IMG/VR virus record: IMGVR_UViG_3300017911_001490
Coordinates: 1 to 64,000 of that record
Strand: one strand, 5' to 3'
Length of the DNA: 64,000 nucleotides
Source of the DNA: a virus
Lineage: Duplodnaviria > Caudoviricetes
Position numbers and translations under genes: made by a program. Under the pieces are notes generated by a model. That model did not search any database. It saw only the letters and a list, made by a program, of their open reading frames with translations, and was not told the origin of the DNA. This document shows positions 44,839-55,961 of this stretch, piece after piece (within the stretch, counting starts at the first letter, position 1; each line of letters starts with the position of its first letter).

Positions 44839-46351
44839 TCATAAAATCCTCATCGAGAAGTTTGCTCCCGTTGAGCAGGTTGATGAAAAGGATGCTGAGC
44901 CATGGATGCCATCGCTTACTATTACTCAGCGTAAAATATTCGATGACCCCGCCAAGTATATCCTTGCATATGGGGAGAGAGGTTCCGGAAAAACCTACTC
45001 ATTGGGTGGTCATAAATTAGTCAGGCATTGCTACGAGAACTTTAACGCTTTAGCACTAATTATCGTTGGTGTCAGATCACAGGCGACTATGGGTGGTGTG
45101 TGGCATAAGCTCCAGGTGGAGATTCTACCCGAGTGGGTGGAAGGGATTGGATTAAATCACACGGAAGAAAGACAGGATACACAGAAGAACTTATATATGG
45201 ATATAGAAAACCGATTCGGTGGTTACTCACGAATATGTTTAATTTCTATACCTTATGGTTCCTTTATTAAAGATCGTATCAAGGGTTTTGAGCCTAGCTT
45301 AGTATTCGTGGACGAGTTAACCAACTTGGATACAAACGATTACTTCAATGCAGTTGTACAGCAGTTAGGTCGAAGACAAGGAATCCACGGCCCTCAACAA
45401 TATCTCGCCGCTTGCAATCCTGACGGACCGAGTCATTGGGTATATAAAAGATTCTTTGAAGACCCATACGATAAGGATGGGAACTGGAATAAGGACTATG
45501 CAGTCTACCATGTAAAAATAGAGGATAATATAGCTAACCTTCCTGATGGATACTATGATCGGATTCAAGAAGCAGTTAAGGCTGACCCGATTGAAGAAGC
45601 ACGAATGGTTCGGGGTGAATGGATTGACCGTCCTGCGGGTAATGCAATCTTTGGTCCTTACTTCAATAAAACCATGCATGTCCGTGGGGACTCAAAGAAA
45701 GGCATCCTTCCTAATAAGAATTATCCAATCACCATTGGATACGATCCCGGTTCAGTAAATAACGCATGTATTTTCATGCAAGCATTACCTGGGGCAGATA
45801 AGACTATATGGATAGTGTTCGATGAGTTTGTGACTATAAACAAGAAGTTACCATACACCACGCTCGTTCCCCTACTCATGAGAAAGATGGCATACTGGAA
45901 CAGAAAGTGTGATCACAAATTTAAGTATGTGCATGTATCGGATAACTCAGCATTCAATCAGTTCCGAGCCAAGACGGGCTCCTATGATGTCAGAGACTTT
46001 GAGGATATATCTAAAGATAAAGCAGAGACCTTTGGCTTAGAACCTATTCGCATGAAAGCGGCACCTAAGTTTAATGGATCAGTAGAGTCTCGCGTGAGAT
46101 TGACCATCGCAAAACTTCAACAGGAAGAACTGCTTGTATCGGCACAATGCACATCCATCCTAAAGATGTTTCAAAACTTAATATCTGAGAAGCCAGGTAA
46201 AAGTTACGACCCGAATATTGCATTTAAGCCTAAGCGATCTGTGTATGTTCACCCGTTCGATGCCATGTCTTATGTGCTGTTGTATTACAATGCGCTACAC
46301 TTGGATACGCAACCTGTCGTTAAAACGGAAATTATGGATTTAGGAGGTTGA
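44813..46351 (+). CDS. terL: Terminase large subunit
   Basis: GERGSGKT, VDE, ACNP, GYDPG, HPFDAMSY. Confidence 0.93.
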   Translation: MPKKKTKVDHKILIEKFAPVEQVDEKDAEPWMPSLTITQRKIFDDPAKYILAYGERGSGKTYSLGGHKLVRHCYENFNALALIIVGVRSQATMGGVWHKLQVEILPEWVEGIGLNHTEERQDTQKNLYMDIENRFGGYSRICLISIPYGSFIKDRIKGFEPSLVFVDELTNLDTNDYFNAVVQQLGRRQGIHGPQQYLAACNPDGPSHWVYKRFFEDPYDKDGNWNKDYAVYHVKIEDNIANLPDGYYDRIQEAVKADPIEEARMVRGEWIDRPAGNAIFGPYFNKTMHVRGDSKKGILPNKNYPITIGYDPGSVNNACIFMQALPGADKTIWIVFDEFVTINKKLPYTTLVPLLMRKMAYWNRKCDHKFKYVHVSDNSAFNQFRAKTGSYDVRDFEDISKDKAETFGLEPIRMKAAPKFNGSVESRVRLTIAKLQQEELLVSAQCTSILKMFQNLISEKPGKSYDPNIAFKPKRSVYVHPFDAMSYVLLYYNALHLDTQPVVKTEIMDLGG

Positions 46352-46357
46352 CTTTTT

Positions 46358-46379
46358 GTAACACTAAAACAAGTGTAAC
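46358..46379 (+). promoter_or_regulatory. 22-bp phage regulatory palindrome, copy 9
   Basis: GTAACAC-TAAAACAA-GTGTAAC, 4 nt before the ATG at 46384. Confidence 0.65.
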
Positions 46380-46383
46380 AACT

Positions 46384-46650
46384 ATGCAGATGGAATCATT
46401 AGTAAACTTCGACCTCCAAATGTATCCCGATCTGGTGGATATGCTTGATGGGGTTTCCGTGGGTGATAAGGTACGCATTTCAGGCGGGTTCGTAGTTAAG
46501 GAACTATCCGATAAGCGCATTTCAGCATCCTTTGACGATAACGATTCGAGTATCTCGATAACAAAATCAGGTGGAGATGAAGATGAAGACTCCGAAGACG
46601 AAGACGATTCAGACGCAGAAACACCCGAGACAGAAGAAGCTTCCGGGTGA
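46384..46650 (+). CDS. Acidic hypothetical protein
   Basis: D/E-rich tail. Confidence 0.6.
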   Translation: MQMESLVNFDLQMYPDLVDMLDGVSVGDKVRISGGFVVKELSDKRISASFDDNDSSISITKSGGDEDEDSEDEDDSDAETPETEEASG

Positions 46651-46681
46651 TTCAGAATATACTACCTCAGCTTCGATCCTT

Positions 46682-46945
46682 ATGGATGCGCATTATGCGC
46701 GTCTGGGAGTGGTTAAGAAATGGAATAAAGCGAGGGTAGATCGGTTATGCGGTTTCCTAAGAATGAACTATGGGGAGATAGCAAGTCTACTTCTAATGCC
46801 TCACGCAGAGTTCAAGAGGATGATAATAAGCACAAAACCTTTTCCTGGTCCTCTATGTTTACTCCTCTCAATCATCGAGAGAAGGTATTTACAAAACTAT
46901 ACAAAGGACACGATAGACAACCTATTCAATTTTACCGATGGTTAA
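46682..46945 (+). CDS. Hypothetical protein, possible HTH
   Basis: RLCGFLRMNYGEIASLL. Confidence 0.55.
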   Translation: MDAHYARLGVVKKWNKARVDRLCGFLRMNYGEIASLLLMPHAEFKRMIISTKPFPGPLCLLLSIIERRYLQNYTKDTIDNLFNFTDG

Positions 46946-49199
46946 TAAGGACATACTAAGAGAGTACGGGTGTACGCAAGAACGCCTTCGAGATATATTT
47001 ACAGCAACGGAAGGAAAAGACCTAGAGACTAGGGAGCGATTCCAGGACATTATACAATCTCGCATACTTGAGGGTATCCGTCAGTGTGCAAAGGACGCAA
47101 AGTTGTATATGAGTGTTGATATGGCATGGGACTCCTTGCCGATCAATAAATCAACCATTCCGTTATTACAGTATGCACAGGGCAAAATTGATATAGATCA
47201 GTGTGCCGATAAACTCGGCGATCTAGGTGTAGCGGATAGGTTTTGTGAGTATGACGATCAGAACCAACTGAAATCAATCAATGCACTTAGGCTCTATGAG
47301 GTGTCTGTTAATATCATACGATCGTATGTCACTCGTCGGGTTGCCGCTCAGGCTAGTAGATTCTGCAATCTATTCCCGTATTTCAAGTATGAGCCTCGCA
47401 GTACGGCACTTACCGACAAGTTGCGTGCAGATGTACTTAGTCAGCGTGTTGAGATCATGGCTGAGCAGTTTGGGTATCGCCATCAGTTTGAGCAGACTAT
47501 CCGCCAGATGTTCATGTATGGACATAGTATCGCTTTCCCTGAAACCTCTTGGACAGAAGATATTCAATGGAGATACTCCACGGACGATCTGACTGGAGAA
47601 AAAAGCAAGGAGTCTTATGCTGAGCGTGCAGGAGTAAAATTTGTGACCCCACACCCAACTCGGGTGGTAAGAGATATTTCTCGCCCACTACACGATGTAA
47701 ATAATAACCAAGGACCGGAATGGATCGGGTATTGGGATATTGTGCGGTACGGAGATATACACGGAAATCCTGCAACATGGAACTCCGACAAGATCAGTTT
47801 CACCAATAGTCTATCGTCTATATATAATACCTACGCAGACTTCTTTGGTTACTACTTCAAGGATGATATATCCTTCCCCAAAGTTGGGGATACATTCTCA
47901 ATGAACAATGAGCGTGTAGCTCAGATCGGACTTTATGCCGCTGAAGACGAAGACAAGGGGATGTTCATCACACAGATGTATATGCGGGTGAATCCAAAGC
48001 GTGATGGTCTAGGCGAGTACCCACATGATGTTTGGTTAAAGCTAACCGTGGCAAGTGATGAAACCGTACTTTACGCAGAGTATCTCCCATCGTTACCAGC
48101 AATATATGGTGGCATAAATGAGAATGATGATCGCATGGCGAATATATCTGTCGCTCACGAAATCATGCCCTACCAAGACCAATTAACAAATATACTTACC
48201 TCTATGCTCGAGCAGATGAAGATGAGTATGTTTAAGATATTTGCAATAGACCAAGATGCCCTGGATGACGATGTGAAGGACTATATCAAGGATGCCATAT
48301 CCGAGGATAGTTTCTATGCTAAACCAAAGGCATTATTCTACTCAGGACAAAAAGCGGCAGACTTGGGTATCAATAATCATGACTTCATAAAGGTCGTAGA
48401 TGTACAAAGGGAACTTTCCGCAGGGGTCAACCAGTCGATCCAAGCGATTCTCCAACTACTAAATCTCGTTGAGCGTTTGCTGATCCTATCTCCACAAGAG
48501 TTGGGACAGCCCGCTCCGCGGGAGATCTCTGCAACGGAGGTAGCTGAAATCGCTAATACCACAAATAGTATATACTCATTCATATCAGAAGGCGTGGACG
48601 ACATGCGTTCTGCAATGAAGAAAGTAATCTACGAACACCTGGTATCCTGTTCATCCGATAAATTCGTTGTACCTATCCGTGGTAGATATTCTGAGAATAT
48701 AATCAGGGATGCAGGATTTGAGGTGGAAACATCTGGTGATCCAAATGCAGTGAAGCGTAATGTTATTGGTACACCTGATAATCTGATTTATGAGTACTTA
48801 TTTAGTTCACGGGACGGAGCCGAGCGTGCGAGAGATACACAATCCGCACAGGTTCTTGGTCAACTCATGATGCAACTCTTACAAGTACCCGACATGGCTC
48901 AGTCTTTGGGTAAAGAGAGAATCTTTAATATGTTCAACGAGATATTCCGTATGTCAGGCGCACACGATCTTAAGCTGGAGGTTGATGAAGCTGACGAGCA
49001 ACAAGAGATGTCGAATATCGGAAACGAGCAATTTATCACTCAACTGAAGGAGCAATGGCCACAAGTGACCGAAGCACTTCAGATGATTATGCAGAAAATG
49101 CAACAAGCAGAACAACCACCGCAAGCACCACCGGGCGCACCACCCATGGAGGGCGAGCAACAACCAATGACATCACCTGAGCAACAAGTCCAGTTATGA
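46938..49199 (+). CDS. Portal protein
   Basis: 753 aa between terminase and scaffold; EISATEV motif; Q/P-rich tail. Confidence 0.8.
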   Translation: MVNKDILREYGCTQERLRDIFTATEGKDLETRERFQDIIQSRILEGIRQCAKDAKLYMSVDMAWDSLPINKSTIPLLQYAQGKIDIDQCADKLGDLGVADRFCEYDDQNQLKSINALRLYEVSVNIIRSYVTRRVAAQASRFCNLFPYFKYEPRSTALTDKLRADVLSQRVEIMAEQFGYRHQFEQTIRQMFMYGHSIAFPETSWTEDIQWRYSTDDLTGEKSKESYAERAGVKFVTPHPTRVVRDISRPLHDVNNNQGPEWIGYWDIVRYGDIHGNPATWNSDKISFTNSLSSIYNTYADFFGYYFKDDISFPKVGDTFSMNNERVAQIGLYAAEDEDKGMFITQMYMRVNPKRDGLGEYPHDVWLKLTVASDETVLYAEYLPSLPAIYGGINENDDRMANISVAHEIMPYQDQLTNILTSMLEQMKMSMFKIFAIDQDALDDDVKDYIKDAISEDSFYAKPKALFYSGQKAADLGINNHDFIKVVDVQRELSAGVNQSIQAILQLLNLVERLLILSPQELGQPAPREISATEVAEIANTTNSIYSFISEGVDDMRSAMKKVIYEHLVSCSSDKFVVPIRGRYSENIIRDAGFEVETSGDPNAVKRNVIGTPDNLIYEYLFSSRDGAERARDTQSAQVLGQLMMQLLQVPDMAQSLGKERIFNMFNEIFRMSGAHDLKLEVDEADEQQEMSNIGNEQFITQLKEQWPQVTEALQMIMQKMQQAEQPPQAPPGAPPMEGEQQPMTSPEQQVQL

Positions 49200-50572
49200 G
49201 CGAAGAAACTAATAAACCGTCGGACGACGAACAAAAAACACAAGAGGAGACTCCCAAGGAGAATCCCTTATACAAAACTTTATTTGATGTAGCGGAGGAA
49301 GCTACCGAAGAAGTTGAACAGGAAGAGTCTAGTGGTAATGTTATCAATTTAAGTGAGGCAGTCGATGGACTCGACATGTCACAACCACAGGAGGAGGAAG
49401 TCAAAGAGGAAGCTAAGGAGGAGGCTAAGGAGGAAGAGCCTGAGAAAGCTGAACCTAAAAAGAAGAAACTTCGCAAAGTAGTTGATCCCGACATTCCTGA
49501 TGCGGTAGCTAAGCAACCAGCATTTAACCAAAATATTGAGATCGATCCACTTGATGATCCGGACGAGAAGGAGTTTATGGATACTCTTATTCCAGAGGAG
49601 AAGGTGGTGTATGAGAAAATTCTGTATGCCGACAAGAAACTAGGTGGCGAGTACGAAGGTAGGTCAAAGAAATTTAAAGCATTCTTAAAGAAGAGTAAGG
49701 ACTACTTGGATAAGAAGATGCAGGAGGATGACTTCTACGACCCTTCAACGGACGATCAGTACAAGGAGTTTATCAATAAGAATAGACCACAATTCTCACG
49801 GGCTGATGAGGATAAGGTTTATCGTGAAATGATTCTTGAGGAAGCGGACAAGCGTACGCAAAAGCGTACGGACGCAAGAGTTCAGGAACTGGAAGCCAAG
49901 TTGCAACGCCAAGAGGTACAACCAAAGGTTCAACAGGCTAAGGCTAACTTCCGTAAGGTTGCACAAGAAACAGTAATACCTGAGGAGTATCGAAAGACTT
50001 TATCGGGCGGAGATGAAGCAATACAGAAGTTTGCGGAAGAAAATCCTTTCGAGTATCAAATCCTTGAGAACTTCTCTCAGCAGTTACTTACTTATAGTGA
50101 TGCATTGACTGACATCTTCCTTGATCCGACCACTCGACTTGACCTGGAGAATAATCAGATTCACAAGGACTTGAATAATTGGCTAGAGAAGGAGCAAGAG
50201 AATTTCATTCAATCGGGTCAAACCGAACAGGATGGCAAATTATTCATGCGTCGTGAGCGTTATTATCAACTTCCGGAAGACAAGCGTTCTCAGTACTATA
50301 CATGGAGTGACAATGATCTATTGAAGATTCTTGCTCTTCGGTATTCAGATTTGGTTAAGAACGCTCTGCATCAACAAAGATCGCAATTAGAGAAGGCGGG
50401 ATATACAAGAAGTGAAGCACAACCTGTTCAACAACAAGCACCTGCGCAAACTCAAGCACCCGCACCAAAGCCTCCAGTTGTGGCAACTACACCAAGGCAA
50501 GGAACTACCGTTGATCCAAAACCTCAACAAAAGAATCCAAATAATGCACTACTCGGTGCGTTAGGTTTGTAG
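49196..50572 (+). CDS. Capsid scaffolding protein
   Basis: Acidic helical protein directly upstream of the capsid gene. Confidence 0.7.
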   Translation: MSEETNKPSDDEQKTQEETPKENPLYKTLFDVAEEATEEVEQEESSGNVINLSEAVDGLDMSQPQEEEVKEEAKEEAKEEEPEKAEPKKKKLRKVVDPDIPDAVAKQPAFNQNIEIDPLDDPDEKEFMDTLIPEEKVVYEKILYADKKLGGEYEGRSKKFKAFLKKSKDYLDKKMQEDDFYDPSTDDQYKEFINKNRPQFSRADEDKVYREMILEEADKRTQKRTDARVQELEAKLQRQEVQPKVQQAKANFRKVAQETVIPEEYRKTLSGGDEAIQKFAEENPFEYQILENFSQQLLTYSDALTDIFLDPTTRLDLENNQIHKDLNNWLEKEQENFIQSGQTEQDGKLFMRRERYYQLPEDKRSQYYTWSDNDLLKILALRYSDLVKNALHQQRSQLEKAGYTRSEAQPVQQQAPAQTQAPAPKPPVVATTPRQGTTVDPKPQQKNPNNALLGALGL

Positions 50573-50692
50573 ATCCAAAAACATAGTTTTAGGTTATAAT
50601 TAAAGAATAGGCTTAAATACCGATTTCAAAGAAAAACACCCTATTTTATTCGAATTGCTGATTCCTTGATTTAGTCACGCTATTGTTAGGTT

Positions 50693-50714
50693 GTAACACG
50701 AATTATCGTATAAC
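50693..50714 (+). promoter_or_regulatory. 22-bp phage regulatory palindrome, copy 10
   Basis: GTAACAC-GAATTATC-GTATAAC, 20 nt before the capsid ATG. Confidence 0.65.
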
Positions 50715-50734
50715 AACTAACACATATAATTACA

Positions 50735-52579
50735 ATGGCAGCAACTAACTCATCTCATTTAGCAGATCCAACAGCTATTGCTAACAGCAATCTAGTAAAA
50801 GATCCAGGGGTTGCTCGTATCATCAAATGTGATGACTCTACGGGCTGTACTCTTACTAACGCCTCCATCAAGGGTTTAACCCCTGCGGAATTCGAAGCTC
50901 TTTCCAATAAGGAAATTGACTTAGCTCGCGTTATCGCAAGCTCAGCAGAAGCAAGAATGTTAGGCGTTCAAGAAAGAGGGCTCGTTTCCTTACTCAATAG
51001 CTCGATCACAAACATCAAGCCTTTGATCAACAAGGTAAACATTTCCGAACAATCAATCATCCTTCCATACATTCAGCGTCGTCAGCGCTCTGTAATCAAC
51101 AGCGGATACTTCGCCGTTGAAGCAGGAAAACTTGCTGATGGAGGTTCACCAATCGATGCCGCTTACACCCGTTCAGGTGGTGACTGGGAAGCTACTGTAA
51201 ATCTTGGTGCATCCGACTGGGCATCCCCAATCGACCACATCGAGCGTTACTTCCTTACCGGTGGTGTTCTCATCGCTAATCATTGGGACGACAACAACGA
51301 ACCTGTTGAAGTTCAGTTCAAAATCATCGGAGCCGCTAATGCGACTGCAGGTGGTATTTCTAAAGCTAAGGTCACACTTCGCCCAATGGGTAAACAGATC
51401 AAGGCCGCAGGTTACACAGATGTTGAGTGGGGCGCTCTTAGTGCTGACTTCCAAGCTCAGTACGGTCCTGTTAAAGGTGTTGTTCAAACGATCGCTAACA
51501 ATGTTAACGACTTCGAAGAATGGTGCCGTAACCAACCAACCGACCTCAGCGTTAAGCTGATCGTCAACTGGTTGCAAACCACTCGTGAATCTCGCACCGT
51601 AGATCAGTCCTATCGTGAGACTCTTCAGAAAATCATGAACGGTGAAGTCAATAGCTTCCTTAAGTCCATGGTTTACACTCCGCTTGCTGAGCAAAACAAA
51701 ATTGCTTCTCAAGCATCTCAAGATCAGTGGTTGCGTGCTACTTGGTTCAATCAACCAATTAACGATGCTCAAACACCTGAGACCTACATGCAACTTCCTG
51801 CGGTCACCGACCCAGAGGATAGCTCCTGCACATTGGAGTACAAATCCAACGCATTGGGAATCAAAGCACTTTTGGCTGAAGCTAATCGTGTTAAAGATGG
51901 TGGCGGAGCCGCTCTTAACCTTGAGTCGTTGATGGCTGACATCTACTACTTGAAACGCAACCGGGAACAAGACGGATCAAACATCAGTGTTATCGACTGC
52001 ATGACCGATCGTTTCACCTACAACAAGTTGTTCGAAGTATTCAACAAATACTACACAGCTCGTTACGGATGGGGAATCGACCGCAACGCACAGATCAACC
52101 AGCAGATCACCCACAATGGTATCTTGTTGTTCAACTACTCGATGTACGATCTTCCTGAAGTTGGTTGTCAGTTGGCAGTCTTCCACGATCCTTACTTCGA
52201 CGATCTTATCAATCACCAATCCGCATTGTTCGGTTCTTCCGTTCAACCTGATGGTGACAAGGTAATTGACGAAGACGGAAATCGTTCCGGTCAAGCAGTT
52301 GTAGGTGCCGCTACTTACGCAAAGGTCATGAGAGCCATGTGGTTCGTTGATTGGTCTGATGTAAAAATCGGTATCGCTGGAACTAACTCCATCACCCGCA
52401 AGCAACCACATCCTGAAACGGATCGCTTGTACAAATGTCGCATGGCTCACAAGGAAACTGAGTACTCACTCCGTTCCACCAAGTGGACCACGATGATGGA
52501 TGTTCCTGCTCGTCACTTGATTATCGAGAACTTCGATGCTAACGCACAAGTTTCCGACTGGTCGAACTACATCACCTGA
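50735..52579 (+). CDS. Major capsid protein
   Basis: Position; strongly biased codon usage (TTC/AAC/ATC/GCT/CGT); followed by a terminator. Confidence 0.8.
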   Translation: MAATNSSHLADPTAIANSNLVKDPGVARIIKCDDSTGCTLTNASIKGLTPAEFEALSNKEIDLARVIASSAEARMLGVQERGLVSLLNSSITNIKPLINKVNISEQSIILPYIQRRQRSVINSGYFAVEAGKLADGGSPIDAAYTRSGGDWEATVNLGASDWASPIDHIERYFLTGGVLIANHWDDNNEPVEVQFKIIGAANATAGGISKAKVTLRPMGKQIKAAGYTDVEWGALSADFQAQYGPVKGVVQTIANNVNDFEEWCRNQPTDLSVKLIVNWLQTTRESRTVDQSYRETLQKIMNGEVNSFLKSMVYTPLAEQNKIASQASQDQWLRATWFNQPINDAQTPETYMQLPAVTDPEDSSCTLEYKSNALGIKALLAEANRVKDGGGAALNLESLMADIYYLKRNREQDGSNISVIDCMTDRFTYNKLFEVFNKYYTARYGWGIDRNAQINQQITHNGILLFNYSMYDLPEVGCQLAVFHDPYFDDLINHQSALFGSSVQPDGDKVIDEDGNRSGQAVVGAATYAKVMRAMWFVDWSDVKIGIAGTNSITRKQPHPETDRLYKCRMAHKETEYSLRSTKWTTMMDVPARHLIIENFDANAQVSDWSNYIT

Positions 52580-52594
52580 TTCTAACCTTTAACA

Positions 52595-52645
52595 ACCCTT
52601 ACTCCCCCTGACTGCGTAGCGGGCACGGGGGAGTGGGGTTTTTTT
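52595..52645 (+). terminator. Rho-independent terminator after the capsid gene
   Basis: ACTCCCCC...GGGGGAGT stem followed by a T run. Confidence 0.8.
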
Positions 52646-52649
52646 ATAT

Positions 52650-53012
52650 ATGAAACATTTATATTTCAAGAAGATGCCTTACGACTATGGTGCTGAAGTT
52701 CAGCCCTTAACCGTAGGAGTCAAGAAACGCGGAATTGGTAGTTACCAGGACAAGGATGCAAAAATTCTACTTAAACTCCACAAGGGTTTAGTTGAAGAGC
52801 TTAGCGAAGAACAATTCGAAGAGCTAAAAAAAAAGCTGAGGGTAGTTCCAACAAGTTTTCGAGCATTCAAGACGCTACCCCAAGACGCAACGAAGGATCC
52901 CAATGCAGTGTATGCCGAGACCGAAAACAACGAATCGGACCAGTCTAAGGCAGAGGATTTGATCGAGGTAGCAGAGGCAGAAGTAGAAGACCCTCTTGAA
53001 GGGAAAGAGTAA
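52650..53012 (+). CDS. Hypothetical protein
   Basis: 120 aa, acidic tail. Confidence 0.6.
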   Translation: MKHLYFKKMPYDYGAEVQPLTVGVKKRGIGSYQDKDAKILLKLHKGLVEELSEEQFEELKKKLRVVPTSFRAFKTLPQDATKDPNAVYAETENNESDQSKAEDLIEVAEAEVEDPLEGKE

Positions 53013-53167
53013 TGGACAGGCATTCTGCGGTCGGGTTGGCAGGAACTTTCGCTAGCTTTACCTTAGAAACAATCCATTTATACGCGGCTACCATCTGCGC
53101 TGTGTTGACGGCTGTCCATCTAGGTGTTAGCATTTATACGAAGCTAAAGGGGAAGGATAAGAAGTGA
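53012..53167 (+). CDS. Small two-TM holin-like protein (51 aa, not in ORF track)
   Basis: MDRHSAVGLAGTFASF...AVLTAVHLGVSIYTKLKGKDKK. Confidence 0.55.
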   Translation: MDRHSAVGLAGTFASFTLETIHLYAATICAVLTAVHLGVSIYTKLKGKDKK

Positions 53168-54030
53168 ATACTGTAAACTACAATAATCTAGGTGCCATAA
53201 CTGACCCAACCTATGTTGGTGTTGACGACAATCGTCTTGTCATAACTACTAAGGTTCGCAATTTTGGTACTTTCGGCGCTACGATTACTGGAGATTACAC
53301 ACCACTTCCTTGGTTTAAGGCAAGTAGCTTTAGAATATCCAACCTCACAGGTAAAACCATAGGGGTGCGACCTCGTCACATCTCCTCTATAGTAGATAAC
53401 TTCGAAGATAACTTATTCCCCGAATGGACAGGAACAATCGAGTCAAGTAAAAGACTTGATGAGGGACTTGTCGGGGCAAAGATTACAGGAACTGCATATC
53501 GTGCATTAGGAAATGATGTAATGCTGGACGGCACGGAAGTGGACTTTGTGGTCGAGCTTCCTGCGGGAGACTATTCCGTCAAGTTTTGCATCTATGATGA
53601 TTATTCCCGTGTCGGAATGACAGGAGCAGGTGAAGTAGTACTCACTCCTTCCAACTCAATAAGTAACACGAAATTAAAGGTAACAATTAGGATGAACCCA
53701 AATGCGGGTACATACAGTGCTTACCTTGAAAATATTGCCCAGGGTACAAGAACTACCCTTGTTACGGATGAAGCTGGTGTGTTTGGTACGAATAATATGA
53801 TCGGCTCCATCATATATATAGACACAGGGGATGATGAAATCTTCGTAGACCCAATCGTGTTACACCAAAAAGCCAATCAGTCGATCGAGCATATCGGTCA
53901 TGGTGGCAACTTTGTGTATCCTTGCATGGAAAATACCGCAGAATATGAGGTTATAAACTTAGGGAGTGAAGCCGGGAACTACGCCGATAACACTAATCCC
54001 GTATCCATAAGCGGGTTCTATGCAGTATGA
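53164..54030 (+). CDS. Beta-rich virion structural protein
   Basis: Composition and position. Confidence 0.55.
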   Translation: MNTVNYNNLGAITDPTYVGVDDNRLVITTKVRNFGTFGATITGDYTPLPWFKASSFRISNLTGKTIGVRPRHISSIVDNFEDNLFPEWTGTIESSKRLDEGLVGAKITGTAYRALGNDVMLDGTEVDFVVELPAGDYSVKFCIYDDYSRVGMTGAGEVVLTPSNSISNTKLKVTIRMNPNAGTYSAYLENIAQGTRTTLVTDEAGVFGTNNMIGSIIYIDTGDDEIFVDPIVLHQKANQSIEHIGHGGNFVYPCMENTAEYEVINLGSEAGNYADNTNPVSISGFYAV

Positions 54031-54755
54031 TTTCCTCAACCGTTACTCCTGGCTACAGTCCATCTCAGCAGTTCATAAGTTTTGTTGAAGGCTCTTCTTC
54101 GGAAGCACCTGATCCTGCAAACTATTCGCTCACGGTCTTAGCGGCCGACCATAACTTAAATACTCTTGATGGAGGTGATCCGACCAATGGGTTTGCCCCA
54201 TGGGTTACAGATGTCCTTATTTACCCAAGTAGCGAGTATTGGGAGACATTATTAGAAGAAGGAAGGGTTCGACCATACATTGATCTTAGTATCTCCAACT
54301 ACAATACACTCCGTGTTCCTAGTGCTGTACATAACTATGATCTTTATGCCGATACCGCTAAATTCTATGAGAATATAGAAGTAGATGGCACAGCATTAGT
54401 AAGTGGAACCCTAACAATAGGCACAGCTAGCATACAACCTAACGGAGACGCAGAGTTTTCCAATATAAAGGGAGTATCCAATACACGGGCTGTGGTAATG
54501 AACATCACTACCGACACTTTATTAGAGAACTCTCAGTCAGGTGCTATTATTAACTCTCAAGGAGGTTTAAACATTTCATTACCTGAGGTCGGGGAGGATG
54601 GAGTAACTTTCAGTATCGTTCATTGCGGAGGTGGAAACACTACAACCATTGACCATATTATCCGAGCAAGAGGAAAAGTCTTAGCTGAGCAATACTCAGC
54701 TTGTACAATCTATTGGAATACCGATTCGTGGTATGCCTTTGGGGATTTAGTATGA
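54027..54755 (+). CDS. Virion structural protein
   Basis: Composition and position. Confidence 0.55.
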   Translation: MISSTVTPGYSPSQQFISFVEGSSSEAPDPANYSLTVLAADHNLNTLDGGDPTNGFAPWVTDVLIYPSSEYWETLLEEGRVRPYIDLSISNYNTLRVPSAVHNYDLYADTAKFYENIEVDGTALVSGTLTIGTASIQPNGDAEFSNIKGVSNTRAVVMNITTDTLLENSQSGAIINSQGGLNISLPEVGEDGVTFSIVHCGGGNTTTIDHIIRARGKVLAEQYSACTIYWNTDSWYAFGDLV

Positions 54756-55504
54756 TCGCATTGCTTACATCCAGTACTGACACATCCAAGGCTAAACTGC
54801 CTGCTGATGCGATGCCTGCTGTATTTGCACTTTCTGTAAATCGTAAGCTTAGATACTTGTACGAAGGGCCTTACTTTCGATTCTCTCGAAACGGGCAAGA
54901 GTATGATTACCCCGAAACCCCCGCACAAGAGGGAGATAAGATCGTAAAGATATACGACCAAAAGGCACACAATGGGCACACATCGTATGATGCTATACAG
55001 ACAGACCCCGATCTACAACCAACTGTTGGTTTGGATAATGGAGTACCATTTGCAAAATTTGATTTAGGTCAGTACATGACCATCGGAGTAGCATCACAAC
55101 TCACAAGGACAGACTTTACTATTACCATAAAGGGTAGCAGTTCCCACCCTCGTCCATTATTTGGATGTTGGGGAGCAGATACTCTATCGGTGGAACCAGG
55201 GCAACAACACGGAAGATATAAGCTAAATAATAAGCAAGTCGTGCTTACAGATTCAAATAATCGCATGACACAAATCTTCGCAGGAGTGGATAAGGCACAA
55301 AATAATACCCGTGTCCTCGAGGCAAAAAGTAATACTTCCGAAGGTGCGGCACCCCTTCCCCTTGAGTTTACATCATTTGATAATGTCGCTATTGGCAGAA
55401 TTGATACCAGGTATTTTTCAGGAACATTTTCAGAGGTCACATACCACGACAACTTGACGGAGCTTGCGTCAAATAGAATCTGGGAGGGGTCTAAGAATGT
55501 TTGA
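54752..55504 (+). CDS. Concanavalin-A/LamG-like virion protein
   Basis: LSVNRKL..Y.G...VVKIYDQ..N...Q...QP...GTFSEV pattern. Confidence 0.55.
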   Translation: MIALLTSSTDTSKAKLPADAMPAVFALSVNRKLRYLYEGPYFRFSRNGQEYDYPETPAQEGDKIVKIYDQKAHNGHTSYDAIQTDPDLQPTVGLDNGVPFAKFDLGQYMTIGVASQLTRTDFTITIKGSSSHPRPLFGCWGADTLSVEPGQQHGRYKLNNKQVVLTDSNNRMTQIFAGVDKAQNNTRVLEAKSNTSEGAAPLPLEFTSFDNVAIGRIDTRYFSGTFSEVTYHDNLTELASNRIWEGSKNV

Positions 55505-55961
55505 ATTAATCACAATGTTTTTAACGGGCGGTGGATCGGCGGCTCTTGGATCAATACTCAAGGGGGTGTTTGGTGCAATCAATGATTCTCGTCAACAAAA
55601 GTTTGAATTAGAATTAGCAAGGGAGGCACGCGGAAATGAATTTGCACTCAAGTTTCAAGAACAGCTTAATAGCGGTGAAGGTGGTAAGTTTACTCGTGCT
55701 ACACGCAGGATGCTCGCACTCATCCTCGTCTCCACGCTCTCAGCAGTCGTCATACTCTGCACCCTCTTCCCCTCTGCAGAAATCATCACCCTCACCAACC
55801 CTAGTGGAGAAGGTGCAACGGAATTCCTCTTTGGGCTCTTCTCTTTTCCAGCTAAGCAAACCCCTATATCATTAACCACTGGACACCTATCAACCTATTT
55901 CGTTGTAATTATATGCCCTATGGTTGTCGGATTTTATTACACACCCGGAGGTAGACGATGA
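55497..55961 (+). CDS. Membrane protein, holin-like
   Basis: GGGSAALGSILKG; TRRMLALILV TM; C-terminal TM ending GFYY. Confidence 0.55.
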   Translation: MFELITMFLTGGGSAALGSILKGVFGAINDSRQQKFELELAREARGNEFALKFQEQLNSGEGGKFTRATRRMLALILVSTLSAVVILCTLFPSAEIITLTNPSGEGATEFLFGLFSFPAKQTPISLTTGHLSTYFVVIICPMVVGFYYTPGGRR